This document shows, in pieces, positions 63,646 to 64,000 of a stretch of DNA of 64,000 nt. The DNA is from Eledone cirrhosa (Eukaryota). How positions within the stretch are numbered: the first letter of the stretch is position 1; each line of letters opens with the position of its first letter. The notes under the pieces are model-generated. The model ran no database searches. It saw nothing but the letters and a program-made list of their open reading frames with translations, and had not been told where the DNA came from. A program made the translations under genes and the position numbers. The stretch lies in assembly GCA_964016885.1 (NCBI GenBank), contig OZ024748.1, forward strand, positions 43,524,001 to 43,588,000, written 5' to 3'.

Positions 63646-64000
63646 ATCCTTGCATATCATAAGAAGTGACTAAGATGGTTGATGTGAGGAAAGACAGGCA
63701 GTTACATAACAACCCAGTCCAACCCAATCCTTGCATATCATAAGAAGTGACTAAGATGGTTGATGTGAGGAAAGACAGGCAGTTACATAACAACCCAGTC
63801 CAACCCAATCCTTGCATATCATAAGAAGTGACTAAGATGGTTGATGTGAGGAAAGACAGGCAGTTACATAACAACCCAGTCCAACCCAATCCTTGCATAT
63901 CATAAGAAGTGACTAAGATGGTTGATGTGAGGAAAGACAGGCAGTTACATAACAACCCAGTCCAACCCAATCCTTGCATATCATAAGAAGTGACTCAGAT
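63646..64000. repeat. 81-bp tandem repeat, at least 4.3 copies, runs off window end
   Basis: Near-identical units ATCCTTGCATATCATAAGAAGTGAC...CCAACCCA. Confidence 0.95.

Overview
Eukaryotic (animal) genomic DNA. The SINE/RTE repertoire, AT content and intron style suggest an octopod cephalopod; this is inference, not a database result. About 51 kb is one + strand gene that I spliced by hand from 31 GT-AG exons (5137-56064; 2811 nt, frame-consistent, 936 aa + stop; a 5' exon may lie upstream). It encodes the dynein-2 intermediate chain WDR60/DYNC2I1. It is followed convergently by the last six exons of a Lifeguard/TMBIM gene on the - strand (57581-62904). Inside or near WDR60 introns are: (1) an intact intronless acylphosphatase ORF on the same strand; (2) a triplicated 54-bp exon, each copy followed by a 50-bp minisatellite, and a duplicated 153-bp exon differing only at synonymous sites; (3) a nested structure in which a piggyBac-type MITE amplified a 72-bp internal segment into a satellite that was then invaded by a near-intact Tx1/L1-clade retrotransposon flanked by a 353-bp duplication; (4) a 1-kb inverted pair of RTE LINE fragments bracketing five exons; (5) two families of type I hammerhead ribozyme motifs of the kind known from Penelope-like elements, mostly in head-to-head palindromes; (6) many tRNA-derived SINEs, MITEs, CR1/CRE/RTE fragments and minisatellites. 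There are no CRISPR arrays, rRNA or bona fide tRNA genes. All coordinates were read by eye and may be off by a few bases.
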